Positions 12,951 through 24,329 of a stretch of DNA of 64,000 nucleotides are shown piece after piece. This DNA is from Dicyema japonicum (lineage: Eukaryota; Animalia; Dicyemida), in contig RDEW01000043.1 of the NCBI GenBank assembly GCA_011109175.1, positions 186,001 through 250,000 on the forward strand. The letters are read 5' to 3'. Numbering within the stretch: position 1 is the first letter of the stretch; each line of letters starts with the position of its first letter. Made by a program: the position numbers and the translations under genes. The notes beneath the pieces were generated by a model. It saw nothing but the letters and a program-made list of their open reading frames with translations. It made no database searches and had not been told where the DNA came from.

Positions 12951-13274
12951 AGCCACGTGGCGCCATGTGGTGCTGCGTGGTTAATTGGTTGAAGTTTTCT
13001 GCTTGCTTGTCTGTTCCTCCTCTCTCTTCCTATTAGAGTGGCGTCATGTGATCCACCTGTCTAGGTGGCGTCCAGTGCCAGGCCGGCACGAAAAAGAATC
13101 ATTAGCTCTCCCCCACTCCACAGGAGGGGTTTCCACAACTGCAAGTATGGACGTCTTTTACCCTTTATGTTGATTCCGGATGGACTCTGTTTCTGTAAAA
13201 GTGGAAACTGGATACACTTAATTAGTTGTTTACTTTAACTTCTTTCTCGGTGTATCCGGGGTTATTAAATTAAA
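12951..13274 (+). mobile_element. Non-autonomous bipartite Vingi-like element (family 2)
   Basis: Shared with 24330, 25147, 33600 and 38665. The 5' part matches the LINE leader at 39820-39960 and the 3' part matches Vingi-like 3' ends. No Pol III boxes. Confidence 0.85.
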
Positions 13275-13279
13275 CTCGT

Positions 13280-14110
13280 ACCGTATCGAGACTACTAGCA
13301 AATGGCGTTCCCCAGGGCTCCCCATTATCTCCCCTTTTTTAGCGTTATGATGGATGACTTGCCACTCCCTCAGGGGGACGATGACATATTATTAACGTAT
13401 GCTGATGATTTAGTCATTGCCTCGAGGGATGTGAATATTGTGGAAGCAACGAGAAGAATGCAGGACAATCTGAATAAATTAAGTTTATGGCTTTGGAAAA
13501 TCAATTGACTGCTAGCCCGGAGAAGTCGGTGTTGACCCTAGTCATGACAAACAGAAGACTAGGGGAAGTATCAATTGACGTCACACTAGATGAGAAGATT
13601 ATCCCGCAAAACAAATACCAGAAAATCCTGGGAGTTACCTTTTGACACCTTCTTAACCTTTACAAAACATGTCGAAAATATGTTATTGACTTGTACGAGG
13701 AAAATCAACTTCCTGAAGGCGTTCTTGGGAAACCTAAGAAACAAAAAAGATCTGAGTTGTCTGGAGGTCATATACAAACAGTCCATCGAGGCTACAATAG
13801 GATACGCATCTGGGGATCTAATCTTTCTGCAACCAATTCGGACAAGATATGCAACATTCAAGTGAAGGTAGAAAACTTACTAAAGAAATATTTCCGAGTG
13901 GAAATTCTGCCAAGAAACTTAGAAAATATGATAGAGGCGATTGGAACAGTGCCCCTGCGAAGGACTCGAGTATGCGGAACCCCGTCCATATCGGAAATGC
14001 GCAGGAACGCAGTCGGAACACCGAGAAAAAGAATGCGGAGACTGTTGAGGGAAGCTGAGATCACCTGAATTTTGTTATTTTGAATATGACAGTGGCTTTT
14101 TTGGTTCAAT
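13280..14110 (+). mobile_element. 5'-truncated Vingi-like LINE (RT C-terminal half)
   Basis: GVPQGSPLSP, YADD, QKILGVTFD, VIYKQSI..YAS; frameshifted. Confidence 0.8.
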
Positions 14111-14179
14111 AAAAAAACTGGTAAATGATAAAGCTCGACGTGGTTCTTGAATTATGTCTTTTTTCACACATGTCGAATA

Positions 14180-15060
14180 ATCTGTTCACATTGACGTCAT
14201 TCAACGTTCGAGGCTTAAAAGAAAAACGGAAAAGGGAGGATTTGATGACTTAATATCATAAAGGTCACTATATGCAGTATACAGGAGACTAAAGTGAAGG
14301 ATGCAGTTGAGAGAGACTTATACTACTAGACTCCGAATGCAACTACTACGGACTTGCTTTGCTATACATCAATGTCTTTGAGAATCCACAGAGTGTAAGT
14401 GTCAATGACAGAATAGCAGTACTTCAGGAAGGAGCAATGAAAAAATCTAAGACCAGTGATATTACTGGGAACATTGAGGAAGATACTATCTCTGATAACC
14501 CTTATTCGGATATCTCCTGATGTTTATAAATTTTTGTCGTCGGGACAGAGTGAGTTCAGAAGTGAGACGCTCCACCGCAGATGTTGTTTGGTCCCACAAA
14601 TGGATATATGCCATGTGTCGAAGATACAGGAGTGATTTTAAGATTCTGGGAGTGGACATGTCCAGTGACACTGTCAACAGAAAAACATTGTGGACGTTGC
14701 TGAGAGTTTCCTTGATGAGGATAACATAAGACTTGTCCGTTTCCTACTATCAAACACTGAATTAACTGTACGAGTTGGGAACACGACATCGAAGCCTTTC
14801 GGAACAACAGTTGGAATACCTCAGGGTGACTTTCTTTCTCCGGTTTTATTTGTCGTACACCTGGAAGCGGATTGAGAGCTCTTAGAACAAAATGTGAAGG
14901 ATGCATGCCGATGGATTATATATGCAGATGACATAGATTTGTGTCAGAAAACGATCTGGAACTTAGATTTGCTATAGAGAAAATCCCTGGAGAATTTAAA
15001 AAATGGTCTCTGCGAGTTAATTAGGAAAAGACCGAACACATAAGAATTACAAGGGAATTA
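14180..15060 (+). mobile_element. Degenerate RTE-like element (APE start plus RT fragment)
   Basis: TFNVRGL APE start; RSTADVVWSHKW, ILGVDMS, GIPQGDFLSPVLF, YADD. Confidence 0.75.
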
Positions 15061-15124
15061 AAATACAGTACGACCCCAATAGAAAGTGCCCCAAATATAG
15101 AGAGTATATATATATTCTTACATT

Positions 15125-18120
15125 GATGAAACACGTTGTGTCGTCTGTTCTCGTTGTGTTGCTAAAAGAAGAGGATAAGAAGAGAATAAGAAAGGAAAAT
15201 CAGAAAAGACATGCAGAAAACTGTAAAAGAATATGAGATCTGCACAAAGTGCAACATAATGAACAAAAGAAAGCGGATGATCCATTGCACAGCCTGTTCG
15301 TATGGCTTCCACATGTCCTGTGCCGGAATGACTAAAAGAGCCCTGGCTGCCATTTCCGATTGGCACTGTCGATCTTGTCTCCTACCAGATAATACGACAA
15401 ATCTTCCTACGCTACCTTCTGAACATGTTCCACTAGACCATCAGGAAATACTTGAATTGATCTCCAACCTGACGCACACACGAAGACTCCTGATTAGGAT
15501 CCCCAAAGCTGCCCGTATATCTGTCGCGGACTGCCTATGTGAGTGTATTGAAAGGGCAGTTTCTTCGGACGACTCTGATGATTGGGTACGATTATTTTGC
15601 TTTGCTCCATTCACACTATGCATACCCCATAGGAGGGGGAAAGAGGAGAAATCACTTACGTCATTAGTAAAGGAGAATGTCCACACATTCTTCTCAAAAA
15701 ACCTATTGGCAAACTCAGAAAAGCTCACCTACAAATTTCAAAACCATGAGAAGCCAACATCGACTATCTCGGACACTCAGAGATTAAGAAGCGCGATCCG
15801 TCGAAAACTTTCGGAAGGTGGTATCCGTGCTGCGGTGAGGATCCTTGCAGATCAACAATGTATAATTGAGCCGTCCGAACAGTCCTACGCATCACTTGTT
15901 GAGCGACACCCAAGTCTTCCCAACGACCACCGGGTTCCCCCTTGCCCAGGACAATTACCCAATCTGCTTGTCTCTGAAGAGGACGTAAAAGATGGTATCC
16001 TCTCTTTCGTCCCGAGTAGCAGTGGAGGACTAGATGGGCTCCGTCCGGGTCACATCAAAGATCTCATTGCTCATAACACGGGCAACTCTGGGGTCCGGCT
16101 CGTGTTGGCTATCACCAAACTAATGAACAGGATGCTATCAGGGACACTACCAGAAACAATTCGACACGTAATGTTTTCCGCAAAGTTAATCGCATTCGAC
16201 AAGAAGGGAGGTGGAATACGCCCTATTGCAGTCGGAATGGTCTTCCGTCGGTTGGCATCAAAGCTTGTATGCAGAGCAATCCTACCTACGCTGATAACAC
16301 AGCTGCAACCAACCCAAATAGGGGTCGGCACACCGGGGGGTTGTGAAGCGGCAGTTCATGCTGTCCGAACATTCACCGAAAAGAACGTGAACATTCCTCA
16401 CGTAATCGTCAAAATTGACATTAAAAATGCCTTCAACTCGATACGACGTGATACAATTCTGGAGGATTGCTTCACATACTACCCATCAGTGTACAGCTAT
16501 ATTCATAGTTCGTACGGAAAACCATCCAGTCTGGTACATGGCCAATATTACATTCCATCGTCTTCTGGAGTCCAACAAGGAGACCCACTGGGGCCCGCCT
16601 TGTTCAGCCTGGGAATTGCCCGTATCACAGGATACTGCTCCACTCCTCTGAGAGTATGGTATTTGGATGATTGCACCATGGGCGGCCATCCGAAGGATGT
16701 ACTAGATTGTTTGAAAAGTCTGATAGTACAATTGGAATCCCTATGCCTAACTCTAAACACCAATAAGTGTGAAGTAACCAATTTTGGATTTCCACAGTCT
16801 GAATGGGATCTGATCCTTGGTATGTTCAGAGAGATCATTCCGAAAGCCACAGAAACCAAATCAGAACAACTGGAAATACTTGGATGCCCTCTTACTGATG
16901 CTGGAATCAGTAACACTCTAAGAACAAAAGAACATCAACTAAAAACAACATTCAGACGTCTGGAGATGCTGGACGCACACACCTCCCTATTCCTCCTGAG
17001 AAACGCCTTATCAGCACAGAAACTGAACTACGTTCTTCGGGGGGCACCCTGCTACTTGAAAATGCAACAGCTCGATGCTATCGATTCCCTCTTCCGGAGT
17101 ACTATTGAACGTATCACAAATGTGAAATTTGACGACCAAGGGTGGGACCAAGCGACCCTACCCGTTAGCCTGGGCGGACTGGGAATCCCTTCAACGAAAG
17201 ATCTGGCTTGCCCTGCTTATCTATCCTCTTTGGGCTCCAGCCGACTGCTGGTCAGGATGATTCTCCAACTCCAAACAGAATCATCTGAAATCACAGAGAT
17301 GGAGCATTTGAAGGGGATGATGCCTGAGCAGAAAGATCGTTACAGGACCATCTGCGAGGATAAATATGAGAGGCTTCTGAACCAATCAAACCAACACAGA
17401 CGTGCATGTCTAGTCACTGGAAGATGCGAATCGAGTGGCGCATGGATCAATGCACTCCCAGTTGGCAGTGTCGGGACCCATCTTGACGACGATACTGTCC
17501 GCATCGGCATCTCCACCAGACTTGGACTGGAGATTTGCCGGACCCACAAATGCCGATGTGGCGCAACCGTCGATTGTTATGGACTCCATGCCCTCTCTTG
17601 TCGAAGGAGTGCAGGACGATTCCCAAGACACAAGGCGATCAACGGAATTGTCAAGCGAGCCCTGGAGTCTGCGGGATACCCAGCCATACTAGAACCTGTT
17701 GGTCTGGACAGAGGAGACGGAAAACGTCCCGACGGGATCACAATTTTCCCATTCGAAGAGGGGAAACCTTTGGTCTGGGACGCTACTTGTGTCGACACGC
17801 TTTGCCCGTCCAACATTGTCGGGAGCGCGGTAGACACACTGTATTCCGCGGAAAAAACGATGATGGCAAAGGAGAAGAAGTACGAAGCGCTACGCGACCG
17901 ATTCGCGTTTTATCCGATAGTGGTCGAGACAACTGGAGGAATAAGTGGAAAATCGCTTCGCTTCCTAAAGAAACTTGGACGCTTAGCTACACTAAAAAGC
18001 CACGACGCACGTGAGACCCGGTGGCTACTCCAGTTGATCTCTGTTGCAATCGTGAGAGGCAACGCAACGTCGATAATGTCGGCGGGGTCCACTTTGGATG
18101 GATGGCAGTTTTAAATATGC
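15125..18120 (+). mobile_element. Full-length PHD-CRE non-LTR retrotransposon
   Basis: 5' leader shared with the copy at 43741; 3' terminus shared with 56885-57000. Possible but unconfirmed TSD TTCTTACATT (15115-15124 and 18157-18166). Confidence 0.88.
15211..18114 (+). CDS. Intact single ORF of a CRE-like RLE-type retrotransposon: PHD finger, RT, CCHC, PD-(D/E)xK endonuclease (967 aa)
   Basis: C4HC3 PHD at aa 11-57; SSGGLDG, GIRPIAVG, KIDIKNAFN, GVQQGDPLGP, YLDD; CRCG..HALSC; KRPDG..WDATCVDT..VVETTGG; no stops or frameshifts. Confidence 0.93.
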   Translation: MQKTVKEYEICTKCNIMNKRKRMIHCTACSYGFHMSCAGMTKRALAAISDWHCRSCLLPDNTTNLPTLPSEHVPLDHQEILELISNLTHTRRLLIRIPKAARISVADCLCECIERAVSSDDSDDWVRLFCFAPFTLCIPHRRGKEEKSLTSLVKENVHTFFSKNLLANSEKLTYKFQNHEKPTSTISDTQRLRSAIRRKLSEGGIRAAVRILADQQCIIEPSEQSYASLVERHPSLPNDHRVPPCPGQLPNLLVSEEDVKDGILSFVPSSSGGLDGLRPGHIKDLIAHNTGNSGVRLVLAITKLMNRMLSGTLPETIRHVMFSAKLIAFDKKGGGIRPIAVGMVFRRLASKLVCRAILPTLITQLQPTQIGVGTPGGCEAAVHAVRTFTEKNVNIPHVIVKIDIKNAFNSIRRDTILEDCFTYYPSVYSYIHSSYGKPSSLVHGQYYIPSSSGVQQGDPLGPALFSLGIARITGYCSTPLRVWYLDDCTMGGHPKDVLDCLKSLIVQLESLCLTLNTNKCEVTNFGFPQSEWDLILGMFREIIPKATETKSEQLEILGCPLTDAGISNTLRTKEHQLKTTFRRLEMLDAHTSLFLLRNALSAQKLNYVLRGAPCYLKMQQLDAIDSLFRSTIERITNVKFDDQGWDQATLPVSLGGLGIPSTKDLACPAYLSSLGSSRLLVRMILQLQTESSEITEMEHLKGMMPEQKDRYRTICEDKYERLLNQSNQHRRACLVTGRCESSGAWINALPVGSVGTHLDDDTVRIGISTRLGLEICRTHKCRCGATVDCYGLHALSCRRSAGRFPRHKAINGIVKRALESAGYPAILEPVGLDRGDGKRPDGITIFPFEEGKPLVWDATCVDTLCPSNIVGSAVDTLYSAEKTMMAKEKKYEALRDRFAFYPIVVETTGGISGKSLRFLKKLGRLATLKSHDARETRWLLQLISVAIVRGNATSIMSAGSTLDGWQF

Positions 18121-18239
18121 TTTACTGGGGATAAATTAACTGATTATTTTATTTGTTTCTTACATTTTAAAACTATTATTTGTATTTTTTAATAACAAAA
18201 TATGTTGTTTTGATAAAAAGAGGATTTAATTTATTTTAT

Positions 18240-19620
18240 GTGAAATAATCAGTTATTTTGAACCCAGTATTATACTTATTTCTTAGAATCTTTGAAATTT
18301 TTATTCTGAATTCATAGTATTTTTTGAGCTCTTCAGGGCAAGAAATTTCGAGAATATTCATTATTCTTATTGAATCTTTTAAACATAACCCTTCAAATCT
18401 CATCATTTCTTTATACAAAGTCCCATTATCTTCAATTCCGTTTATTTAAAGTTCCATTAACCCTGAAACATGTTTATCAATTAATTCAGATGCTTTTTTG
18501 AATTAATTTCACGAACACATGTTCTCTGTTCGTTTATTTTCATCCAACAATTGACAATCGTTGTTGTTGTTACTCGACTCCAAGATTATCCTACAAATGC
18601 AATTATTTGCCTCATTTTAATCTTCAATAGGGTCGAATAGTATTCCTTAACATCGTCAAGACATATCATTTCATAAAGAACGTTGTTATAATATCTTGAA
18701 AGAGTTTATGATCCCCATATCTAAAGGTTGAAGAAGTGCTGTTGTATTTTTAGGAAATTTATGAATTAATAAGTTTGAATATTCTTGAAATTTGTGGCAC
18801 GGTGCATTATCCATAAGAATCAAAAATTTTCTGTTTCTTGGACCATTTCAAAGTTTATTTTTTGTAACCATTAATCAAAAATATCAGTCGTCATCCAAGC
18901 ATTTTTTGACGCTGTGTACAAAACCTAAAAATAGCCTAATGAAATATAGCCCATAATCCTCAGTTTGTAAATTTTCTAAGCATCTTGGCGATTTAAATTT
19001 CCCGATAACAAGGAGGTTTAATTTCTCACTTTCAAGACTGCAGCATAAAAGAACTGAAACTCGTTCTTTGCTTTTCGTTTTACCAAAACAATCATCATTT
19101 AAAGAGACAAATGATTTACATGAAGTTTTTTTTTTTTTAACAAAAAGAGAGGTTTCGTCGCAGTTAAAAATATCTTTTTCTCGTATTTATCAAATAAACT
19201 GTCGTAATCGTTAAAAATCTTCGACTTTATTTATGTCACATGAGTTCTTTTCACCGAAATTACTTTGAACAATAATTCATGGCGTTTTTTAAATCGATCC
19301 AATCTGATGCTTTGAAATCATTGAAGTCAAGATTAGCTGCAATTTTTGCAATAGTTTTGAGGAGAAATCCTGAAACTAAAATCCGATTTTTTTAATTCGT
19401 GAGACAGTTCCTTTCCCAATATTGTATAATTGATAAATTTTTCTTTCTGACATATTTTCTTTCATTAAAGAATCAGAAATCTTCTGTTTCAGATGTAGGG
19501 GTAGGACTGTAGAGTAGTTGAATATCCTCATCAATGCAGCGATTCCATAATCCTCAAGATTCTTTAGGAGGATCGTTAAGATTTTGTTTTAATGAGTTTC
19601 ATTACATTTCTCACGACATT
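18240..19620 (-). mobile_element. Degenerate pogo/Tigger transposase remnant
   Basis: Minus-strand fragments NCDETSLF, KSKERVSVLLCCS, VIGKFKSPRCL homologous to 62125-63345. Confidence 0.7.
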
Positions 19621-20050
19621 TTCAGTGAAGTAAATCATATCAGGTTCCTTTTTCGGTAACTGAGATATAAAGGGGGAACATCCGACTTCTTATTGTCCTT
19701 TGGAATATTTTCACGAAATATTTCATCAGGTTATTCAAATCCTTTTGGATCCTTCTCAGATGATCTTTCATCTAATCTTAAGAACTCTTCGAATAGTCTC
19801 TGCAATAGATCTATTTTGTTCAAAGATGAGAGCACGTGCTTCCATCTCGATTTCTGTGATTTGAGCTCCCCGTTTTTTATTTCATTATTCAGATCTCTCA
19901 GCATGAACTCATTTTCAGTAGTTAATCGGACAGACTTTTTGAGTTGATTTCTTTCCTTGATTAATGTTATATTCCCTGGCATAGTTACGGTGGTGTTTAG
20001 GCACAGATAGTGATCTAGTACGGTTTGGTTTATAGTCATCTCGTAAACTA
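19620..20050 (-). mobile_element. Vingi-like LINE, APE-RT linker fragment
   Basis: LIKERNQL..LRDLNNEIK..SRWKHVLSSL; same IKERNQL motif as 31143. Confidence 0.55.
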
Positions 20051-20102
20051 AATTGTCTAAACGGTGGAAAGAATAGTTGGATCCTTTCGAATGCATTGGG
20101 TG

Positions 20103-20830
20103 TTTATTATTATTAGCACTTTCACTAGAGCCATAATATTTATAGCCCCGCATGTGCAGCAAAAAATAAAAGAATTTGTTAGCTTGCTCCATGCTCTTCT
20201 GTTCTTAGCCAGGTCACTCAGTGTGGACAGATTCGTCACCAGATGCCAATGTTTTTCTTCACGGCTTTCAGATCGTTTTGTAAAACGACCGGGAGGGTTG
20301 TTCTTGGTCTTCCACGAAAGCGTTTTACATTGGAGGAAGTAGTAATTTTCCATTGCGATATTCGAGGGAGATATCGGGTCCAACTTCAGGACGTGTCCAA
20401 AAAGTCTCCAACGAGATGATCTCGAGACTTAATGGTGTACAGTCACACTTAATTTACAGTTCTTTCCGCGAGATCTTGGATGGCCAGGACATTCCAGTTA
20501 TGTTTCTTAGATGATTCCTGTGAAACGAGTATTTCTTGCCGTTCTAATATACAAATTATCTTAGTTTCAAATTACAAATGAAAAAATTATTTTTGAGTAA
20601 AATTTAAGATTCTAGATTTATTGTTTTTCCTCGTTCAACATTTTCAGTTCGAAGCACATATTTCTTTCTATTGCCAGTATTTCTCATATTGTGGTTCATA
20701 ATGGATACCGGGGGAAATACCTATGAATATCACTTATTTTTGAGTATATTAAGTAAGTACCATAGCGATCCCTTGGCCTTCTAGCTAAGAACAGTGTTAT
20801 TGGCGGTTTCGTGTTCAGTAGCTTCTTTCC
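20103..20830 (-). mobile_element. RTE-like element, 3' fragment with terminal stem-loop and (TAA)n tail
   Basis: RWRLFGHVLKLDP..NIAMENY; 3' GCACATGCGGGGCTATAAATATTATGGCTCTAGTGAAAGTGC then TAATAATAAT. Confidence 0.8.
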
Positions 20831-21122
20831 ATGTGGGAATAAAAAACTAAAATAATAAATTGAAATAACTGTTCCAATTAAATTTCCATCAACTCATTTT
20901 TGAAAATAGTCGGACTCTACCGAAGTTATTATAATTATGTTCTGACTAATTATTAGTGACTTTTTAGCACTAATTCGTACTCTTCTTCACTTAAAAACCC
21001 AAATCTTTTTTTAAAAACAGATTTTTTAAAGAGTCCCTTGAGCCAAAACCTCTCTCCTCAAGGATTGTTATTCATTTCTTTTAGGCTTTTTAATTTTTCT
21101 TTATTTACTAGATGCATATGTT

Positions 21123-21446
21123 GGTGGCATAGTAAATTGGTGTAGGGCTAAAGTGGCTTAGGTTAGGGTTCGATCTCGCTGCTGTTCACCAGGTGAAAGG
21201 TTCCACGCATCTACGATGCCAAAAGGGTTTGACGAGTAACGCCGTCATCTGTGGATACTCACTGCGGAACTGGATTGTCTAGAAAGGACCCACATACAAG
21301 AAAAAGAAAAAAAAGAAGTGAAGATCATTCCTTGGTTCTACGATTAGTTAAAATTAACTGTTCTTTACTTAAATAAAGTGTGTGTCCTGTCTATGCGGAG
21401 CTATAGATTTTATGGCTCTCGTGAAAAGGCTATTATTATTATTATT
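21123..21446 (+). mobile_element. SINE family 1 with 14-bp TSD
   Basis: B box GGTTCGATC; (TAT)n tail; TSD TAGATG(C/T)ATATGTT at 21109-21122 and 21446-21459. Confidence 0.9.
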
Positions 21447-21569
21447 AGATGTATATGTTAACGTCAAATTAGAATTCCTTTATGGGCGGATTTTTAATAG
21501 GAGTGTGAGATTATATATTCCAAAAAACATATATTAATAATATTTATTTTAATAAATTAGTATGTTAAT

Positions 21570-22551
21570 TTATTTGGTAACGAATCTCCAAACATTACAA
21601 GGCTTCTCAACTCTGTGTATGTCATAAACAGAATTACAAGACATTTCATTAGCGAACTCATAATAAGTTCTAAAACTTAAATAAGACTATTACATGCACT
21701 TTTCTGACTCTATGCAGAGGTTATTTCCACTTCTACAATGCCGGATGATGACAGGATCATTTTTCTGATTATTTAAATAATCTTACATTAATTGGGCATC
21801 CCTCAAGCTCAATCCTCAGTGAAGGATCTCGGTTCAGCACAACAAAACACGTAGAGAATCCGTTGTCCTCATAAAGAAATAGTTTTGGTTTTCTGCTTCT
21901 CTTTGTCACGTGTCTTGTCTCACAACATGAGGAACTTCCAATAAAATACTTTAATTTTTTTTATTTTTTACATATTGTCCGCAGTCCATTGTGGTCCTTA
22001 ATGTGAAAGGTTCCCCATATCTAAGAATATCGTCTGGATAGAGACTTTTCTTGTCAAATGAACTACTATAATCATTCAATTGATACCGATCCACTTCGAA
22101 AACGGTCCTGGGAGTTGGAGACTGGACCTCTTGACTAGCCACTACTGGACATCCAGAAAAATTGTTTTTGAACTGTCCTGACTCATTCAAATTGGGAGAA
22201 AACGAAAGACAATATTCCTTAGGGAGAAGGTCCTCGTATGTGAAACTCGATTGCTCAATGTGGGAGTTAGTGATTATCACTTTATCTCCAAAACGAAGGA
22301 AGTCGTCTATAGTAGGTCCTAATTTGACCTTAAAATTAATTTATAATTAACCTCAACTTGTAAAATTGACTTGACTTTGTTATTTATTTGACATAAAAGT
22401 TCCCCATTTTCGTACTTTTTGAGGTAATCTGAGGTATTGGACTAATTTATAATTTGAGGAATACTTTTATCAGACAATTCTCTTCGAACCAATTTCCACA
22501 TAAAACTTGAGATGAAAATTTACGAATATGAGGACGAATGGTTATATCCAT
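21570..22551 (-). CDS. CFAP161: Cilia- and flagella-associated protein 161, 6 exons
   Basis: Spliced product contains FSSQVLCGNWFEE, FLRFGDKVII, ILRYGEPFTL, DPSLRIELEGCP, IHRVEKPCNVW; introns of 23, 23, 23, 22 and 24 nt. Confidence 0.9.
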
Positions 22552-22655
22552 AATATTGCTATGGAATTATTATAAAAAAATAAAATTAAATATTTATATA
22601 GGTTAATAAATAAATGAATAAAATAAATAAATTAAGTCCAACTTTAGGAATAACT

Positions 22656-22979
22656 GAGAAGGACAAAGTGGTTAGTGTCGGGCTAAAGTGACTTAGGTTA
22701 CGGGTTCGATCCTCGCTGCTGTTCACCTGGTGGAAGTTCCACGCATCTACGATGTTAAAAGGGTTTGACGAGTGACGCCCTCATCAGTGGATACTCACTG
22801 GGGAACTGGATTGTCTAGAAAGGACCCACACACAAGAAAAAGAAAAAAAAAGAAGTGAAGATCATTCCTTGGTTCTACGATTAGTTAAAATTAACTGTTC
22901 TTTACTTAAATAAAGTGTGTGTCCTGCCTATGCGGAGCTATAAATATTATGGCTCTCGTGAAAAGGCTGTTGTTATTAT
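22656..22979 (+). mobile_element. SINE family 1 with 12-bp TSD
   Basis: TSD TTAGGAATAACT at 22644-22655 and 22980-22991; B box GGTTCGATCC. Confidence 0.92.
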
Positions 22980-23229
22980 TTAGGAATAACTCCTTTTCAA
23001 GTATGACCTACTTAGGACAAGTGTGAACAGACAGTGTTTCACACATGTCGGAGTGGTAATAAATGGCATTGATCATTTTGATAGCATTGTGTTTCATTAG
23101 GCTGATTCAGATATTAATAGAAAAATAACCACTTGAATGAAGGTAGAGAACATAAATCGCATTTATTAGATATCTTATTTTAGAAATTTCCGAACGTTAT
23201 TGATTAGCCGTTTATCCCTCTGGACCGTT

Positions 23230-24320
23230 ATTGAGACTAAAAGGATGAGCCTTTTCGCGGTCACCATTGCATTCGAGCCATTGTTGTCTCTGGTTGTTGA
23301 GCCACAAGAAAGCAAACCTTCTAGTGGAAAAGTAAAACAAAGAATATGCTAAAACATACAAAAAATGAATTGACCTGCTAATATGCGAAAAGCTCAAAAA
23401 AAGAAAGTGATCGATCAACGGCGATGCATGCTCCGAGGATACTACATATCATGCGTCGGAATTACCAAGAAAGTTGACATTACTTACTGAAATTGCCAAT
23501 GATGCCTCTTTCATGGAAGAACGACTCACCAAACTCAACGTTTGCCATCAGACAATATGCCTTTTGGTCATAAAGTTGGGTTTATTTTCACCGTTTCCGG
23601 AATGGAAATCGTTCATATCATTGCTCCATCAATTAATTCTTATGGTCAGAGACTCCAGCCAACCACGAATCGACAATGCTCTTATAACAATAAGACAATA
23701 CTTAAAATAAACGTTCACGCGGTTGGAAATCCTGAGCCACATACTTTATGGTACCCCTTGTTTCTTGATGTTGCAAAAGCTCGAAACAATGAATTCAATT
23801 TTCCATTCTACTATCTAGTGTCTTACAAACGTCAAGTTTGATGATTAAGGTTGGACACTGGCAGCCCTATCCGTCCCTCCGGAGGTCTTGGCATTTGTTC
23901 CCTGACAGATATAGCCTGCCCCAACTTCCTCTCGTCTCTACAGCCGACCATTGGTAAAGATGATTCATCTCCCCGCCGAATTATCGATCAATGAAACGAA
24001 GTAATCTGATTCTTGGCCACCAGAAGAGCTGCAAGCATCCGAACCCATAAACAGAAAGACTACTATAAAATCATATGTGAAGATAAATTTGAGAGACTAA
24101 TTAGAAATATGAATCAACACTGACGAGACTGTCTGATCACTGAGATATCTGAAGGAGCCGGAGCATGGATTGACAAATTCCTGATTGGGAACATTGCACG
24201 CATCTGGATAATGAAATAGTCAGATCGGAATCTCTATTCTTATGGGGTTGAGAATATTGTAGGCTCACTGTTGCTTATACTTACGGATATCAGACCTTCT
24301 AGTCCCCGCAGCTAACATGG
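23230..24320 (+). mobile_element. Highly degenerate PHD-CRE remnant
   Basis: PHD-like Y(Y)ISCVGITKK near 23420-23470; later EGAGAWIDKFLIGNI (compare SSGAWINALPVGSV). Confidence 0.55.
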
Positions 24321-24329
24321 AGTCTGCCG

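Noticed and set aside
12951-12995. HDV-like ribozyme at the 5' end of family 2, as expected for Ingi/L1Tc relatives
   Set aside because: It folds as a plain hairpin (AGCCACG..CGTGG(C/T)T). There is too little sequence for the nested double pseudoknot. An Infernal/RNArobo search would be needed to overturn this.
15125-18166. Site-specific insertion of the CRE element into SL-RNA, U2 or rDNA targets
   Set aside because: Flanks are RTE and Tigger debris, and the other CRE copies have unrelated flanks.
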